The notes under the pieces are model-generated. The model did not search any database, was not told where the DNA came from, and was given only the letters and a program-made list of their open reading frames with translations. The position numbers and the translations under genes are program-made. A DNA stretch of 64,000 nt, taken from the NCBI GenBank assembly GCA_963744995.1, contig CAVUWA010000011.1, forward strand, positions 32,001 through 96,000. Direction: 5' to 3'. How positions within the stretch are numbered: the stretch's first letter is position 1; each line of letters begins with the position of its first letter. Below, piece by piece: positions 20,191 to 28,603 of this stretch. This stretch comes from Candidatus Eiseniibacteriota bacterium (lineage in GTDB: Bacteria > Eisenbacteria > RBG-16-71-46).

Positions 20191-20207
20191 ATCAAGCCCC
20201 GTGCCGA
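20191..20207 (-). promoter_or_regulatory. Possible sigma54 (-24/-12) promoter for the small exported protein
   Basis: Minus strand TCGGCACG-GGGC-TTGAT: correct spacing but GA instead of GC at -12. Confidence 0.35.
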
Positions 20208-20454
20208 CCCGCGCGACGTGGTGTGCTTCGCCCCAATCGCCTGCACACGTTGCGGATACGGGCGCGATGGCGAGCGGGCAGGGGCGGGACGTCCTGCGGA
20301 CTTCCGCAGCGGCTGCGGACTTGCGGGGCCCGCGTGCGGAAGGTCCGCCCTCTTCCCGGGCGCCGGCCTCCCCATCCGCGACGCGGCGATTCACGCCCGC
20401 CCGCGGCATGTGTTACACGGTGTCGCGTCATCGTGCCCTTCGATTGGAGATTCC

Positions 20455-20955
20455 GTGACCGCCGACACCCTCCGCCGCCTGCTCGGGCTCGAGCCGCTTC
20501 CCAACGAAGGCGGCTTCTTCGTGGAGACGTACCGCGCGACGCGGCGCGTGCCGGCGGACGCACTGCCCGGGCACCCCGCCGACCGATCGCTCGCGACCGC
20601 GATCTACTACCTGATCACGCCCGGGAGCTTCTCGGCCATGCACCGCGTGCGCTCGGACGAGATCTTCCACTTCTATATGGGGGACGCCGTCGAGATGCTG
20701 CAGCTCTCCGCAGGCGGCGCCGGCCGCGTGGTCACGATCGGCCCGGATCTCGAGGCCGGCGCCAGGCCGCAGGTGGTCGTGCCCGCCGGGGTCTGGCAGG
20801 GCGCGCGGCTCGCCGCCGGCGGCGCGTGGGCGCTGCTCGGCACCACGGTCTCGCCCGGTTTCGAGTTCGAGGACTACGAGCACGGCGAGCGCGCGGCGCT
20901 GATCGCGGGCTGGCCGGCGTGGCGGGAGAAGATCGAGGCGTATACGCGGGGCTGA
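20455..20955 (+). CDS. Cupin superfamily protein (DUF985/Cupin_5)
   Basis: LGLEPLPNEGGFFVETYR, TAIYYL, FSAMHRVRSDEIFHFYMG, PQVVVPAGVWQ, VSPGFEFEDY; GGAG then GTG. Confidence 0.88.
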   Translation: MTADTLRRLLGLEPLPNEGGFFVETYRATRRVPADALPGHPADRSLATAIYYLITPGSFSAMHRVRSDEIFHFYMGDAVEMLQLSAGGAGRVVTIGPDLEAGARPQVVVPAGVWQGARLAAGGAWALLGTTVSPGFEFEDYEHGERAALIAGWPAWREKIEAYTRG

Positions 20956-20981
20956 GGGGCGCCGCGACGGCGCGGCGCCCC
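20956..20981 (+). terminator. GC-rich hairpin after the cupin gene, possible terminator
   Basis: Perfect 11-bp inverted repeat GGGGCGCCGCG-ACGG-CGCGGCGCCCC directly after the stop; no U-tract. Confidence 0.35.
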
Positions 20982-21089
20982 GGATCCGCCGCCTTCCCCT
21001 AGGCCAGCGCCTCTTCGAGCCGCACGAGGAACGAGCGGGCCTCGCAAGCCGATTTTTCGGGGCGATTCCGGGAATCCCGTGGCGTGGTA

Positions 21090-21119
21090 TGACATCAATA
21101 TGATATCATTGTGATGTCA
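21090..21119. promoter_or_regulatory. Candidate operator: three TGAYRTCA boxes at 11-bp period
   Basis: TGACATCA-ATA-TGATATCA-TTG-TGATGTCA, a near-perfect 30-bp palindrome just upstream of the SPFH RBS. Confidence 0.7.
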
Positions 21120-21140
21120 CCCCCAAGAGGAGGTTTCCAG

Positions 21141-22013
21141 ATGCTTCGCGAGAAGAAGGCGCAGTCGCTGCCCGGTCTGCCGATGCTGATCTTCTGGATC
21201 CTGGCGCTGGTCGGAGCCCTGTGGCAGTTCATCGGGTCGGTGAAGGCCGACCACCCGGCGGGCGCCATCGGCGGCGTCGTGCTGTTCGTCATCGTGGCCC
21301 TCGGCTTCGCCGGGCTCATCATCGTGAACCCGAACGAGGCGCGCGTCCTGCAGCTGTTCGGGCACTACACCGGCACGCTCAAGGAACCGGGACTCCACTG
21401 GATCAACCCGCTCACCAACCCGCGCCGCAAGGTGTCGCTGCGGGTGCGCAACTTCGAGAGCGGCAAGATGAAGGTCAACGATCTCGATGGAAACCCGATC
21501 GAGATCGCCGCCGTGGTGGTCTGGAAGGTGATCGAGACGGCGGAAGCGGTGTTCCACGTCGACGACTACGAGAATTTCGTGCACGTGCAGAGCGAGGCCG
21601 CGGTGCGCAACCTGGCCACGACCTACGCCTACGATTCGCACGAGGACGACAAGATGTCGCTGCGCGGCCATACCAACGAGGTGGCGGAAGGTCTCAAGAA
21701 GGAGATCCAGGACCGGCTCGAGCAGGCCGGCGTCGACGTGATCGAAGCCCGCATCAGTCACCTCGCCTACGCGCCCGAGATCGCGAGCGCGATGCTGCAG
21801 CGCCAGCAGGCGAGTGCCGTGGTCGCGGCGCGGGCGAAGATCGTCGAGGGCGCGGTCAGCATGGTCGAGATGGCACTCGATCAGCTCAGTGAAAAGAACA
21901 TCGTGACGCTCGATGAAGAGCGCAAGGCCGCGATGGTCAGCAACCTGCTCGTGGTGCTGTGCGGCGACCGCAACCCCCAGCCCATCGTCAACACCGGAAC
22001 GCTCTACTCGTAG
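21141..22013 (+). CDS. SPFH/Band 7 domain membrane protein
   Basis: Two N-terminal TM helices; [59 protein letters not shown]. Confidence 0.9.
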   Translation: MLREKKAQSLPGLPMLIFWILALVGALWQFIGSVKADHPAGAIGGVVLFVIVALGFAGLIIVNPNEARVLQLFGHYTGTLKEPGLHWINPLTNPRRKVSLRVRNFESGKMKVNDLDGNPIEIAAVVVWKVIETAEAVFHVDDYENFVHVQSEAAVRNLATTYAYDSHEDDKMSLRGHTNEVAEGLKKEIQDRLEQAGVDVIEARISHLAYAPEIASAMLQRQQASAVVAARAKIVEGAVSMVEMALDQLSEKNIVTLDEERKAAMVSNLLVVLCGDRNPQPIVNTGTLYS

Positions 22014-22022
22014 GATGGTGTG

Positions 22023-22190
22023 ATGGCGGCCAGAAAGCCCTTCCTGCTGCGGCTCGACCCCGCGGTCCACGACGCGCTGCAGCGCTGGGCCGCGGACGAG
22101 CTGCGCAGCGTGAACGCGCAGATCGAATACCTGCTCCGGCGCGAGCTGCAGAGCGCGGGGCGGCTGAAGGAGAACAAGCCCGGGAAATAG
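22023..22190 (+). CDS. Small Arc/ribbon-helix-helix DNA-binding protein (55 aa, below the ORF-track cutoff)
   Basis: [60 protein letters not shown] beta-ribbon and RSVNAQI helix as in Arc-like proteins; 9 nt after the SPFH stop. Confidence 0.85.
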   Translation: MAARKPFLLRLDPAVHDALQRWAADELRSVNAQIEYLLRRELQSAGRLKENKPGK

Positions 22191-22327
22191 TCCGGCGGGG
22201 CGGGCGCGGCACGGGCCGGCCGCGTTCATCCCCGCGACCGGCACGCGGCCGGCCGCAGCAGCATATCCGACGATGCGGCGCCTCATCCGGGCGCCGGTGC
22301 CTTGACCATTAGGGCGCGCTCAGGGTA

Positions 22328-22343
22328 TTTAGGATGTCCTAAA
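22328..22343. promoter_or_regulatory. Candidate DtxR-family operator upstream of hemS-dtxR
   Basis: Palindrome TTTAGGA-TG-TCCTAAA with TTAGG/CCTAA half-sites like DtxR/IdeR boxes; TTGACC (-35-like) at 22302. Confidence 0.65.
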
Positions 22344-22421
22344 CATGTCGCGTGCCGCGCCCGATCGGGCGCAGCCGGGCCCGTCGTCGTCCTGCGCACC
22401 CCACACCCCCAGAGGCTCCTC

Positions 22422-23489
22422 ATGTCGTCCGCCACTCCGAGTGCACTGCTTTCCACCTGGCTCGAAACCCGCGCCAGACGGCCCCGGGCCCGCGCCCGTG
22501 ACATCGCTACGGGGCATGGCATCAGCGAGGCGCAGCTCGTCGCCTCGGCGTGCGGCGCGGACGGCGCCATCACCGCCACGCGCCTGGCGGGCGACTGGAG
22601 GGACCTCCTGTCCGGCCTTCCCGCGCTCGGCGCCTTCAAGGCGATCACGCGGAACGAGTACGCGGTGATCGAAGTCGAAGGGGCCTACGATCGCGTGTCG
22701 TTCGACGGCGAAGTCGGGCTGAGCCTCGGACAGATGGACATGCGCATCTTCGCGTTCCGCTGGTCCATGGGCTTCGTGCTCGACGAGGACACGCCCGCCG
22801 GCCCGCGCCGGAGCCTCCAGTTCTTCGACGCCGCAGGCGACGCAGTCCACAAGATCTACGCGATCGACGGCACCGACGCCGCCGGACTCGACGCGTTGAT
22901 CAGCGCGTTCCGCGCGGCCGATCAATCGAACGGGCAGCGCGTTGCGCCCCCGCGCCCGACGCCGGCTCCGCGCCCCGATGAGGAAATCGATCTCGCCGGG
23001 CTGCGCACGGCCTGGGCGGCGCTCGAGGACACGCACGACTTCTTCGACCTGCTGCAGCGGTTCGAGGTCCGGCGACTGCAGGCGATGCGGCTGGTCGGCG
23101 AACCGTTCGTCTTCCCGGTCGGCACCGAGAGCCTGAAGCACGTGCTGGAGGCGAGTGCGGCGCAGCAGACGCCGATCATGACGTTCATCGGCAACCCGGG
23201 CATGCTGCAGATCCATACCGGGATCGTAGAACGCGTGGTCGAGATCCCCGGCTGGCTCAACGTGCTGGATCGGAAGTTCAACCTGCACGTGCGCAGCGAC
23301 GCGATCGCTGCGGCCTTCGTGGTCCGCAAGCCCTCGCGCGACGGCACCGTCACCGCCCTGGAGCTCTACGCCGCCGACGGCACGCTGATCGCCCAGTGCT
23401 TCGGCAAGCGCAAGCCGGGCATCCCGGAAGACCCGCGCTGGCGCGAGCTGCTGGAGGGCGCTACCCGCATTCCCGCCGTCACCGGCTGA
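22422..23489 (+). CDS. hemS: Hemin-degrading/heme-binding factor (HemS/ChuS family)
   Basis: ITRNEYAV, DMRIF, SLQFFDAAGDAVHKIY, DTHDFF (heme-ligand His), IMTFIGNPGMLQIHTG, WLNVLDRKFNLH, FGKRKPG. Confidence 0.9.
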   Translation: MSSATPSALLSTWLETRARRPRARARDIATGHGISEAQLVASACGADGAITATRLAGDWRDLLSGLPALGAFKAITRNEYAVIEVEGAYDRVSFDGEVGLSLGQMDMRIFAFRWSMGFVLDEDTPAGPRRSLQFFDAAGDAVHKIYAIDGTDAAGLDALISAFRAADQSNGQRVAPPRPTPAPRPDEEIDLAGLRTAWAALEDTHDFFDLLQRFEVRRLQAMRLVGEPFVFPVGTESLKHVLEASAAQQTPIMTFIGNPGMLQIHTGIVERVVEIPGWLNVLDRKFNLHVRSDAIAAAFVVRKPSRDGTVTALELYAADGTLIAQCFGKRKPGIPEDPRWRELLEGATRIPAVTG

Positions 23490-23499
23490 AGGAGGCCGC

Positions 23500-24018
23500 A
23501 TGCTCTCCGGCAAGAATCCGCGCCGCCGCGCGCTGACCGCGAGTCACGAGCACTATCTGCGCGCGCTCTACGAGGTGCGCAGCCGGCTCGGCTACGCCCG
23601 GCTCACCGACGTCGCGCGCGCGCTCGGCGTCGCGCCCTCCACGCTGTCGGTGGGTCTCAAGCCGCTCGAGGCACGCGGGTTGCTCGAGCACGACGATCAC
23701 CGCTTCCTCGTGCTCACCGCGAAGGGCGAGCGCGTCGCCCGCGAGGTCCATCACCGCTTCGCGGTGATGCGGCACTTCCTCACCGACGTGCTCGGCGTCC
23801 CCGCGCAGGTCGCCGAACAGGAGGCCTGTCTCTTCGAGCACGACGTCAGCCCCGAGACCACCGAGCGGCTGCTCGACGTGCTGAAGCTGCTGCGCCAGGA
23901 CGAGGCGCTGCGCGGCCTGCTGCTCTCGCGGCTCGCCGACTTCCGCCGCACGTGCCTGCCGCAGGCGGAGTGCGCGACCTGCGACCTCACCTGCATGAGC
24001 CTCGAAACGGACGCCTGA
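23500..24018 (+). CDS. DtxR/MntR-family metal-dependent transcriptional regulator with a C-terminal Cys cluster
   Basis: LTASHEHYLRALY, HTH RLTDVARALGVAPSTLS, FLTDVLGV, EACLFEHDVS; tail CLPQAECATCDLTC. Confidence 0.88.
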   Translation: MLSGKNPRRRALTASHEHYLRALYEVRSRLGYARLTDVARALGVAPSTLSVGLKPLEARGLLEHDDHRFLVLTAKGERVAREVHHRFAVMRHFLTDVLGVPAQVAEQEACLFEHDVSPETTERLLDVLKLLRQDEALRGLLLSRLADFRRTCLPQAECATCDLTCMSLETDA

Positions 24019-24056
24019 GCGAGGCCGGGCTCACCAAGTCTGTTTTGCATTGATAA

Positions 24057-24089
24057 ACAGCGGCCGCGATCCGGCCGCTGTGGCCTTTT
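24057..24089 (+). terminator. Possible intrinsic terminator after hemS-dtxR
   Basis: ACAGCGGCCG-CGATC-CGGCCGCTGT (10-bp stem) followed by GGCCTTTT. Confidence 0.4.
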
Positions 24090-24364
24090 CCGCCTTGCGA
24101 CGTCTCGCCCGCCCGTCAGGCGCCGGCTGCGCCGCAAGCGTATTTCATGACAGTGCGTTACCTGTGGGCGCCCGCCGGATCTGTGACATGCGCCGATCCG
24201 CGGCCGGGCGCACCAAGCGTCGCGACGAGGGGCCGGCCTGCCCCATTTGATCGATATTCGTGATCACGAAGGCGCCGCGGCGGGTTATGCTGCAGGCCCG
24301 TTCGTTCGCCCCCCCGTGAAACAACCCGGCGAGCCGGCCGCATCGCCCTCCCAGGGAGACCGTC

Positions 24365-24781
24365 ATGCGCCGACCACCGCTTGCGCTTCTCGTGACCACC
24401 GCCGCCGCCATCGCCGCCCTCGCGATCGCTTCCGGATGCTCGAGCAAATCGAGCAACCCCACGGCACCCGGGGGCGGCGGGGGTGGCGGCGGCGGCACCA
24501 GCGCGACGATCAACTCCGGCACCATCGCCGGGAACGGGGGCAGCTTCACGTTCACCTTCCCCGACACCGGCACGACCGGCTATCACTGCGGCATCCATCC
24601 CACGATCATGAAGGGCAACAGCATCTCCGTGACCAGCACGTCGCCCAACGATTCGATGGTCGTGCAGATCGTCAGCACGTCGACGCCCGGCTACTCGCCC
24701 TCGGCGGCGACCATCCGGCCCGGTGGTCACGTACGCTGGGTGAATGTCGACGGGATGAGTCACTCGGTCGAGAACGACTGA
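24365..24781 (+). CDS. Cupredoxin (plastocyanin/amicyanin-like) lipoprotein, apparently circularly permuted
   Basis: Lipobox IASGC, Gly9 linker, SFTFTFPDTGTTGYHCGIHPTIMKG followed by YSPSAATIRPGGHVRWVNVDGMSHSV; GGAG RBS. Confidence 0.78.
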   Translation: MRRPPLALLVTTAAAIAALAIASGCSSKSSNPTAPGGGGGGGGGTSATINSGTIAGNGGSFTFTFPDTGTTGYHCGIHPTIMKGNSISVTSTSPNDSMVVQIVSTSTPGYSPSAATIRPGGHVRWVNVDGMSHSVEND

Positions 24782-24959
24782 GTCTCGCGCCATCCACGCC
24801 CCACGCCGGCGTCCGTGAGCCACGGGCGCCGGCGTCGTTCATGTGCGGCGATCTGTGGCGCGCACGCTACACGCGCCCCCCGCTGCAGCCCGGGCAGCCG
24901 GCCCGGCGCGCGCGTACAAGCCGTTGCCGCACAGCGATTACCGCGCCCACCCCGGCCGG

Positions 24960-24975
24960 TGGCATGCACCCTGCT
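24960..24975 (+). promoter_or_regulatory. Putative sigma54 promoter
   Basis: TGGCATG-CACC-CTGCT (GG-N10-GC) about 45 nt upstream of the ATG at 25019. Confidence 0.45.
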
Positions 24976-25018
24976 CTTTTCCCCCGGTGAACGCAGCATC
25001 ACCACGAGGAGACCCGCC

Positions 25019-25516
25019 ATGATGAACCGCAAGCATACGAAGGTGATTGCCGGCCTGATCCTCGCCGCCGCCGTCGTGACCACGATGGCGCCGGCCGCTG
25101 AGGCGGCGCGCCATCGCGGCCACAACAGCCACTCGAAGCCGGTCTATGCGCCGCACGCGCGCTACCGCACGCCGGCGCCGCCGGTGCGCTACGTACGCCC
25201 CCGCCCGCAGCGGGTCGTGCGCTACTACCACCGTCACGACAGCCACGAGGGTTTCGCGTTCCTGGGCGGCCTGCTGCTCGGCGCGGTGATCAGCAACGCG
25301 GCACACGCGAACCACTACTTCTACGCCGATCCCTACTGCGACCTGCGCTTCTCGAGCCTCGCGGCGTACGACGCGCACCTGCGCTACCACCACCACCCGG
25401 CGGTCGTGCACGTGATCGAGATCCGCTCGGGCGACTGGGTCGATTCGTACGCCTGGCGCGGGGACGGCTGGCGCCACTACGAGACGGATCGCTGGGAATG
25501 CGGCTGGCAGCGCTAG
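25019..25516 (+). CDS. Exported His/Tyr/Arg-rich hypothetical protein
   Basis: GAGGAG RBS; signal peptide ending AEA; GLLLGAVI glycine-zipper-like segment; many His. Confidence 0.7.
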   Translation: MMNRKHTKVIAGLILAAAVVTTMAPAAEAARHRGHNSHSKPVYAPHARYRTPAPPVRYVRPRPQRVVRYYHRHDSHEGFAFLGGLLLGAVISNAAHANHYFYADPYCDLRFSSLAAYDAHLRYHHHPAVVHVIEIRSGDWVDSYAWRGDGWRHYETDRWECGWQR

Positions 25517-25721
25517 CGTAGCAACGATGTCACGGCGTGTGAGTCCGTGACGAGTGCAGCCGGAGACGGGGAGCGTCCGAGACTGCACAGCGGACTCACC
25601 GACACACGACGGGCGGTGCCTTCGGGCGCCGCCCGTTCGTGCTGGCCGCGCAGACCGCGGGCGCAGCGGCCTTGCGCCGTGCGCCATGCACGGCGAGCGA
25701 ACGGCTCGGTCCGCCGCCGCC

Positions 25722-27038
25722 TCAATGCCGGCGATATCGCGCCAGCAATGCGTCGACCGCGGCGGTCACGGTCCGGCGCGGGAACACGGCATTCGCGTCC
25801 GCGCCGCCTTCGAGGAGGTGACGGATCACGCCCAGGTAGTCGCGGCCGGTGAAGCCGGAGTTCTCGACGGCGTACACCGCGGTGTCGAGCACGGTGCCGC
25901 CGAAGCCGTTCTTCCGCTCGAGCTGCGCGCCCCGCGCCACCAGCAGGCGGACGGTGTCCGCCCGCCCCTGCCACGCGGCGTGGTGGATCGCCGTCCCGCC
26001 CCAGTCGCCGACGGTCTCGATGTCGAATCCGGCGTCGAGCAGGCCCTCGACGCCACGGGTGTTGCCGTCGGCCGCCACCTGGACGATCGTCAGGCGGTCC
26101 AGGTGCGAGAGTCGGGCGGGCAGGCCGGGGTCGGCGTCCCGCAGCGCCTTCGCCGCGGCGCCGTCGCCGGCTGCACAGCGCGCGATGAACGCGCTCACCG
26201 GATCGAGCGTCACGTCGGCGCCGTGGCGCTCGAACAGCGCCGTCACGTCCGTGCGCCCGAGCCGGGCCGCCAGCGCGTACGCCGAGAGTCCGCCGTGCAT
26301 GCTCACGTCCGGGTTCGCGCCGCGCGCGAGGAGCCGCTCGAAGAACGCCGTCGCCCGCGAGCGCAGCAGCGCCTGATGGAGCGCCGCCTTGCCGTAGGGC
26401 GCCGTGTGGTTCGGGTCCGCCCCGGCGTCGAGCAGCTGCTCCATGCCGGCGAGGTCGTCCCAGTCGAGCCGGTGGAGCAGCGCGGTCGCGCCGCCGTCGG
26501 CGCCGAGTCCGTGCTCGAACAGCATGAGCGCGCACTCGAGATCGTCCCGCTCGACCGCGTGGTAGGGCGACTCGCCGTCGTTGGGATCGGCGCCCGCATC
26601 GAGCAGCATCTTCGTGAGCGGCGCGTCATGCGCGATCCCGCACGCGCCATAGAGCGCGCTTTCGCGGCCGTGGTCCGCTTCCGGCGGATCGATCCAGAAC
26701 GCGTTGGGGTCCGCGCCCGCATCGAGCAGGCGCCTCGCGCATTCGCGCATGGCCGGACGGCGTTCGGGGTCGTCGCGCAGGAAGCGCGAGAACGTCAGAT
26801 AGAGGAGCGGCGCCCAGTCGCGCGGTCCGTCCTTCCCGGTCGCGCACGCGGGGTCTTCGGCGAGGAAGGCGTCCAGCGCCGCCACGTCACCGCTGAGCGC
26901 CGCGGCCCACGCCGCTGCACGCGGCAGGTCCGGATGCCCGCTCAGCAGCTCGCGCGCGCGGTCCAGGTCCCCGTCACGGTGGGTGGCGGGCACGACGGCG
27001 GCCTCGGCGAAGGCGCGGAGAACGGCGGCATCGCTCAT
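25722..27038 (-). CDS. Ankyrin repeat protein
   Basis: Repeated LLDAGADPN, GESPYHA, TAIHHAAWQG, LLEGGADAN; start assigned to MSDAAVL at 27038. Confidence 0.85.
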   Translation of the reverse strand: MSDAAVLRAFAEAAVVPATHRDGDLDRARELLSGHPDLPRAAAWAAALSGDVAALDAFLAEDPACATGKDGPRDWAPLLYLTFSRFLRDDPERRPAMRECARRLLDAGADPNAFWIDPPEADHGRESALYGACGIAHDAPLTKMLLDAGADPNDGESPYHAVERDDLECALMLFEHGLGADGGATALLHRLDWDDLAGMEQLLDAGADPNHTAPYGKAALHQALLRSRATAFFERLLARGANPDVSMHGGLSAYALAARLGRTDVTALFERHGADVTLDPVSAFIARCAAGDGAAAKALRDADPGLPARLSHLDRLTIVQVAADGNTRGVEGLLDAGFDIETVGDWGGTAIHHAAWQGRADTVRLLVARGAQLERKNGFGGTVLDTAVYAVENSGFTGRDYLGVIRHLLEGGADANAVFPRRTVTAAVDALLARYRRH

Positions 27039-27136
27039 GGCCCGGCAGGGTACGCGACGGCGCCGCTTCGATTCACGCGGCCGGCGACCGGAGCCGGGAC
27101 ACGGGGCACGAGCGCGGCGGGTGCGCCGCACCCGCT

Positions 27137-28603
27137 TCAGGCGGCCAGCAGCTCGCCGACGTCCACCACGTGCTCCTCGGGCCGGAGCACCCGAACGACG
27201 CGCTCGGAATCCGGCATCGGATTCCAGGTCTCGGCGCTCTCTTCGGGCTCGAGCGTGCCGTCGGGACGGACCAGCACGCGGCAGTACGGACGCCGCGGGT
27301 CCTGATGGTTCGGGCTCAGCGCCAGCACGACGTAGCCCGATTCGGTCTGCAGCATCGAGCCCGCCGGGTAGAGCCCGACCGCGCGCGCCAGCGCCCACAG
27401 CACGGCCGGGTCGAACGAGACGCGCGACGGCCCCATCATGTACTGCAGGGCTTCGAACGACGAGCGCGGCCGCTTGTGATAGGCGCGGTGCGCGGTGATC
27501 GCGTCGAAGCAGTCGGCGACCGCCACGATGCGCGACAGCGTCGCCTGGCCCCAGTCGGCGTCGATCTCGGGATAGCCGGTGCGGTCGAAATTCATGTGGT
27601 GCTCGAGACAGACGCGCATCGAGTCGATCGCGAGCGGCGAGAGCCCCGGCATCCGCGTCAGCATGCGCACGCCTTCGAGCGGGTGCCGGCGCATGAGCCG
27701 CCATTCTTCCGACGTGAGCGCCGCGGGCTTCTGCAGCACGTCGGCCGGCACGGCGATCTTGCCCATGTCGTGGAGCAGCGCCGATACGCCGAGGTCGGCG
27801 AGGGTCTGGCGCGACAGCCCCAGCACCTGCCCCATGCCCACCGACATCACGCTCACGTTCACGCAGTGCGCGTAGGTGTACTCGTCGTGATCCTTGAGCG
27901 CCGTGAGCCCCACGATCGAGTACTCGTGGCGCATGATGCTGTCGACCACCGGCTGCACGAGACGCTTCGCGTGACGCAGGTCGGGGCGGCCGTTCTGCTG
28001 CGCACGCAGCAGGATCTTCTTGGTGCCGAGCACCGCCCGCCAGAACACGCGCTTCGCGCGACCGCGTTCGGTGGACTGGTCGTTCCGCTCGTCGAGCTGC
28101 CTGGTGAGGTCGTCTTCGTCCAGTTCCACGGCCGGCACCGGCACGACGTGCTCGATGCTCGCCTCGCGGACCATTTCCGGCAGCCGCTCGGCCATCGCCG
28201 GGTCCTCGGCGCCGAGGAACAGCTGGAAGAAGCGCTCGAGCTCGGGCGCCGACAGCCCCGGCAGGAACCGCACCCCGCCGAGCGAGCGGCGCTCGAACTC
28301 CGCCATCAGCGTGTGATAGACGGCGAGCAGCTGCTTCTGCGCGCGGACCCGCACGCCGTTCAGATAGAAGTAGTCGGCCACCGCGACCAGCGCGACTTCG
28401 TCCTCGTCCTCGTCGTAGATCTTCTGGAACGTGGCGAGGCAGTCGATGAGCTGGCGCTGAAACGCCTGGTTCGTGATGTCGTAGGTGCGCGCGGTCCTCA
28501 GCAGTGCCGTCAGACGGATCAGCAGCGCCGCGCCGAGCGCGCCGATCGTCTCGCTGTTGTCGCCTTCGCCCGAGGCGCTTCTGGGACGCGGGGCTTCAGT
28601 CAC
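27137..28603 (-). CDS. HD-GYP domain protein (putative cyclic-dinucleotide phosphodiesterase) with uncharacterised N-terminal domain
   Basis: HDEYTYAHCVNV, LLHDMGK, HHMNFDRTGYP, IVAVADCFDA, GLYPAGS. Confidence 0.88.
   Translation of the reverse strand: MTEAPRPRSASGEGDNSETIGALGAALLIRLTALLRTARTYDITNQAFQRQLIDCLATFQKIYDEDEDEVALVAVADYFYLNGVRVRAQKQLLAVYHTLMAEFERRSLGGVRFLPGLSAPELERFFQLFLGAEDPAMAERLPEMVREASIEHVVPVPAVELDEDDLTRQLDERNDQSTERGRAKRVFWRAVLGTKKILLRAQQNGRPDLRHAKRLVQPVVDSIMRHEYSIVGLTALKDHDEYTYAHCVNVSVMSVGMGQVLGLSRQTLADLGVSALLHDMGKIAVPADVLQKPAALTSEEWRLMRRHPLEGVRMLTRMPGLSPLAIDSMRVCLEHHMNFDRTGYPEIDADWGQATLSRIVAVADCFDAITAHRAYHKRPRSSFEALQYMMGPSRVSFDPAVLWALARAVGLYPAGSMLQTESGYVVLALSPNHQDPRRPYCRVLVRPDGTLEPEESAETWNPMPDSERVVRVLRPEEHVVDVGELLAA

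Noticed and set aside
24019..24364. Riboswitch or ncRNA in the longer intergenic regions (also 30339-30777 and 61352-61600)
   Set aside because: No cobalamin, c-di-GMP, TPP or tRNA consensus recognisable by eye; an Infernal/Rfam scan would be needed to exclude one
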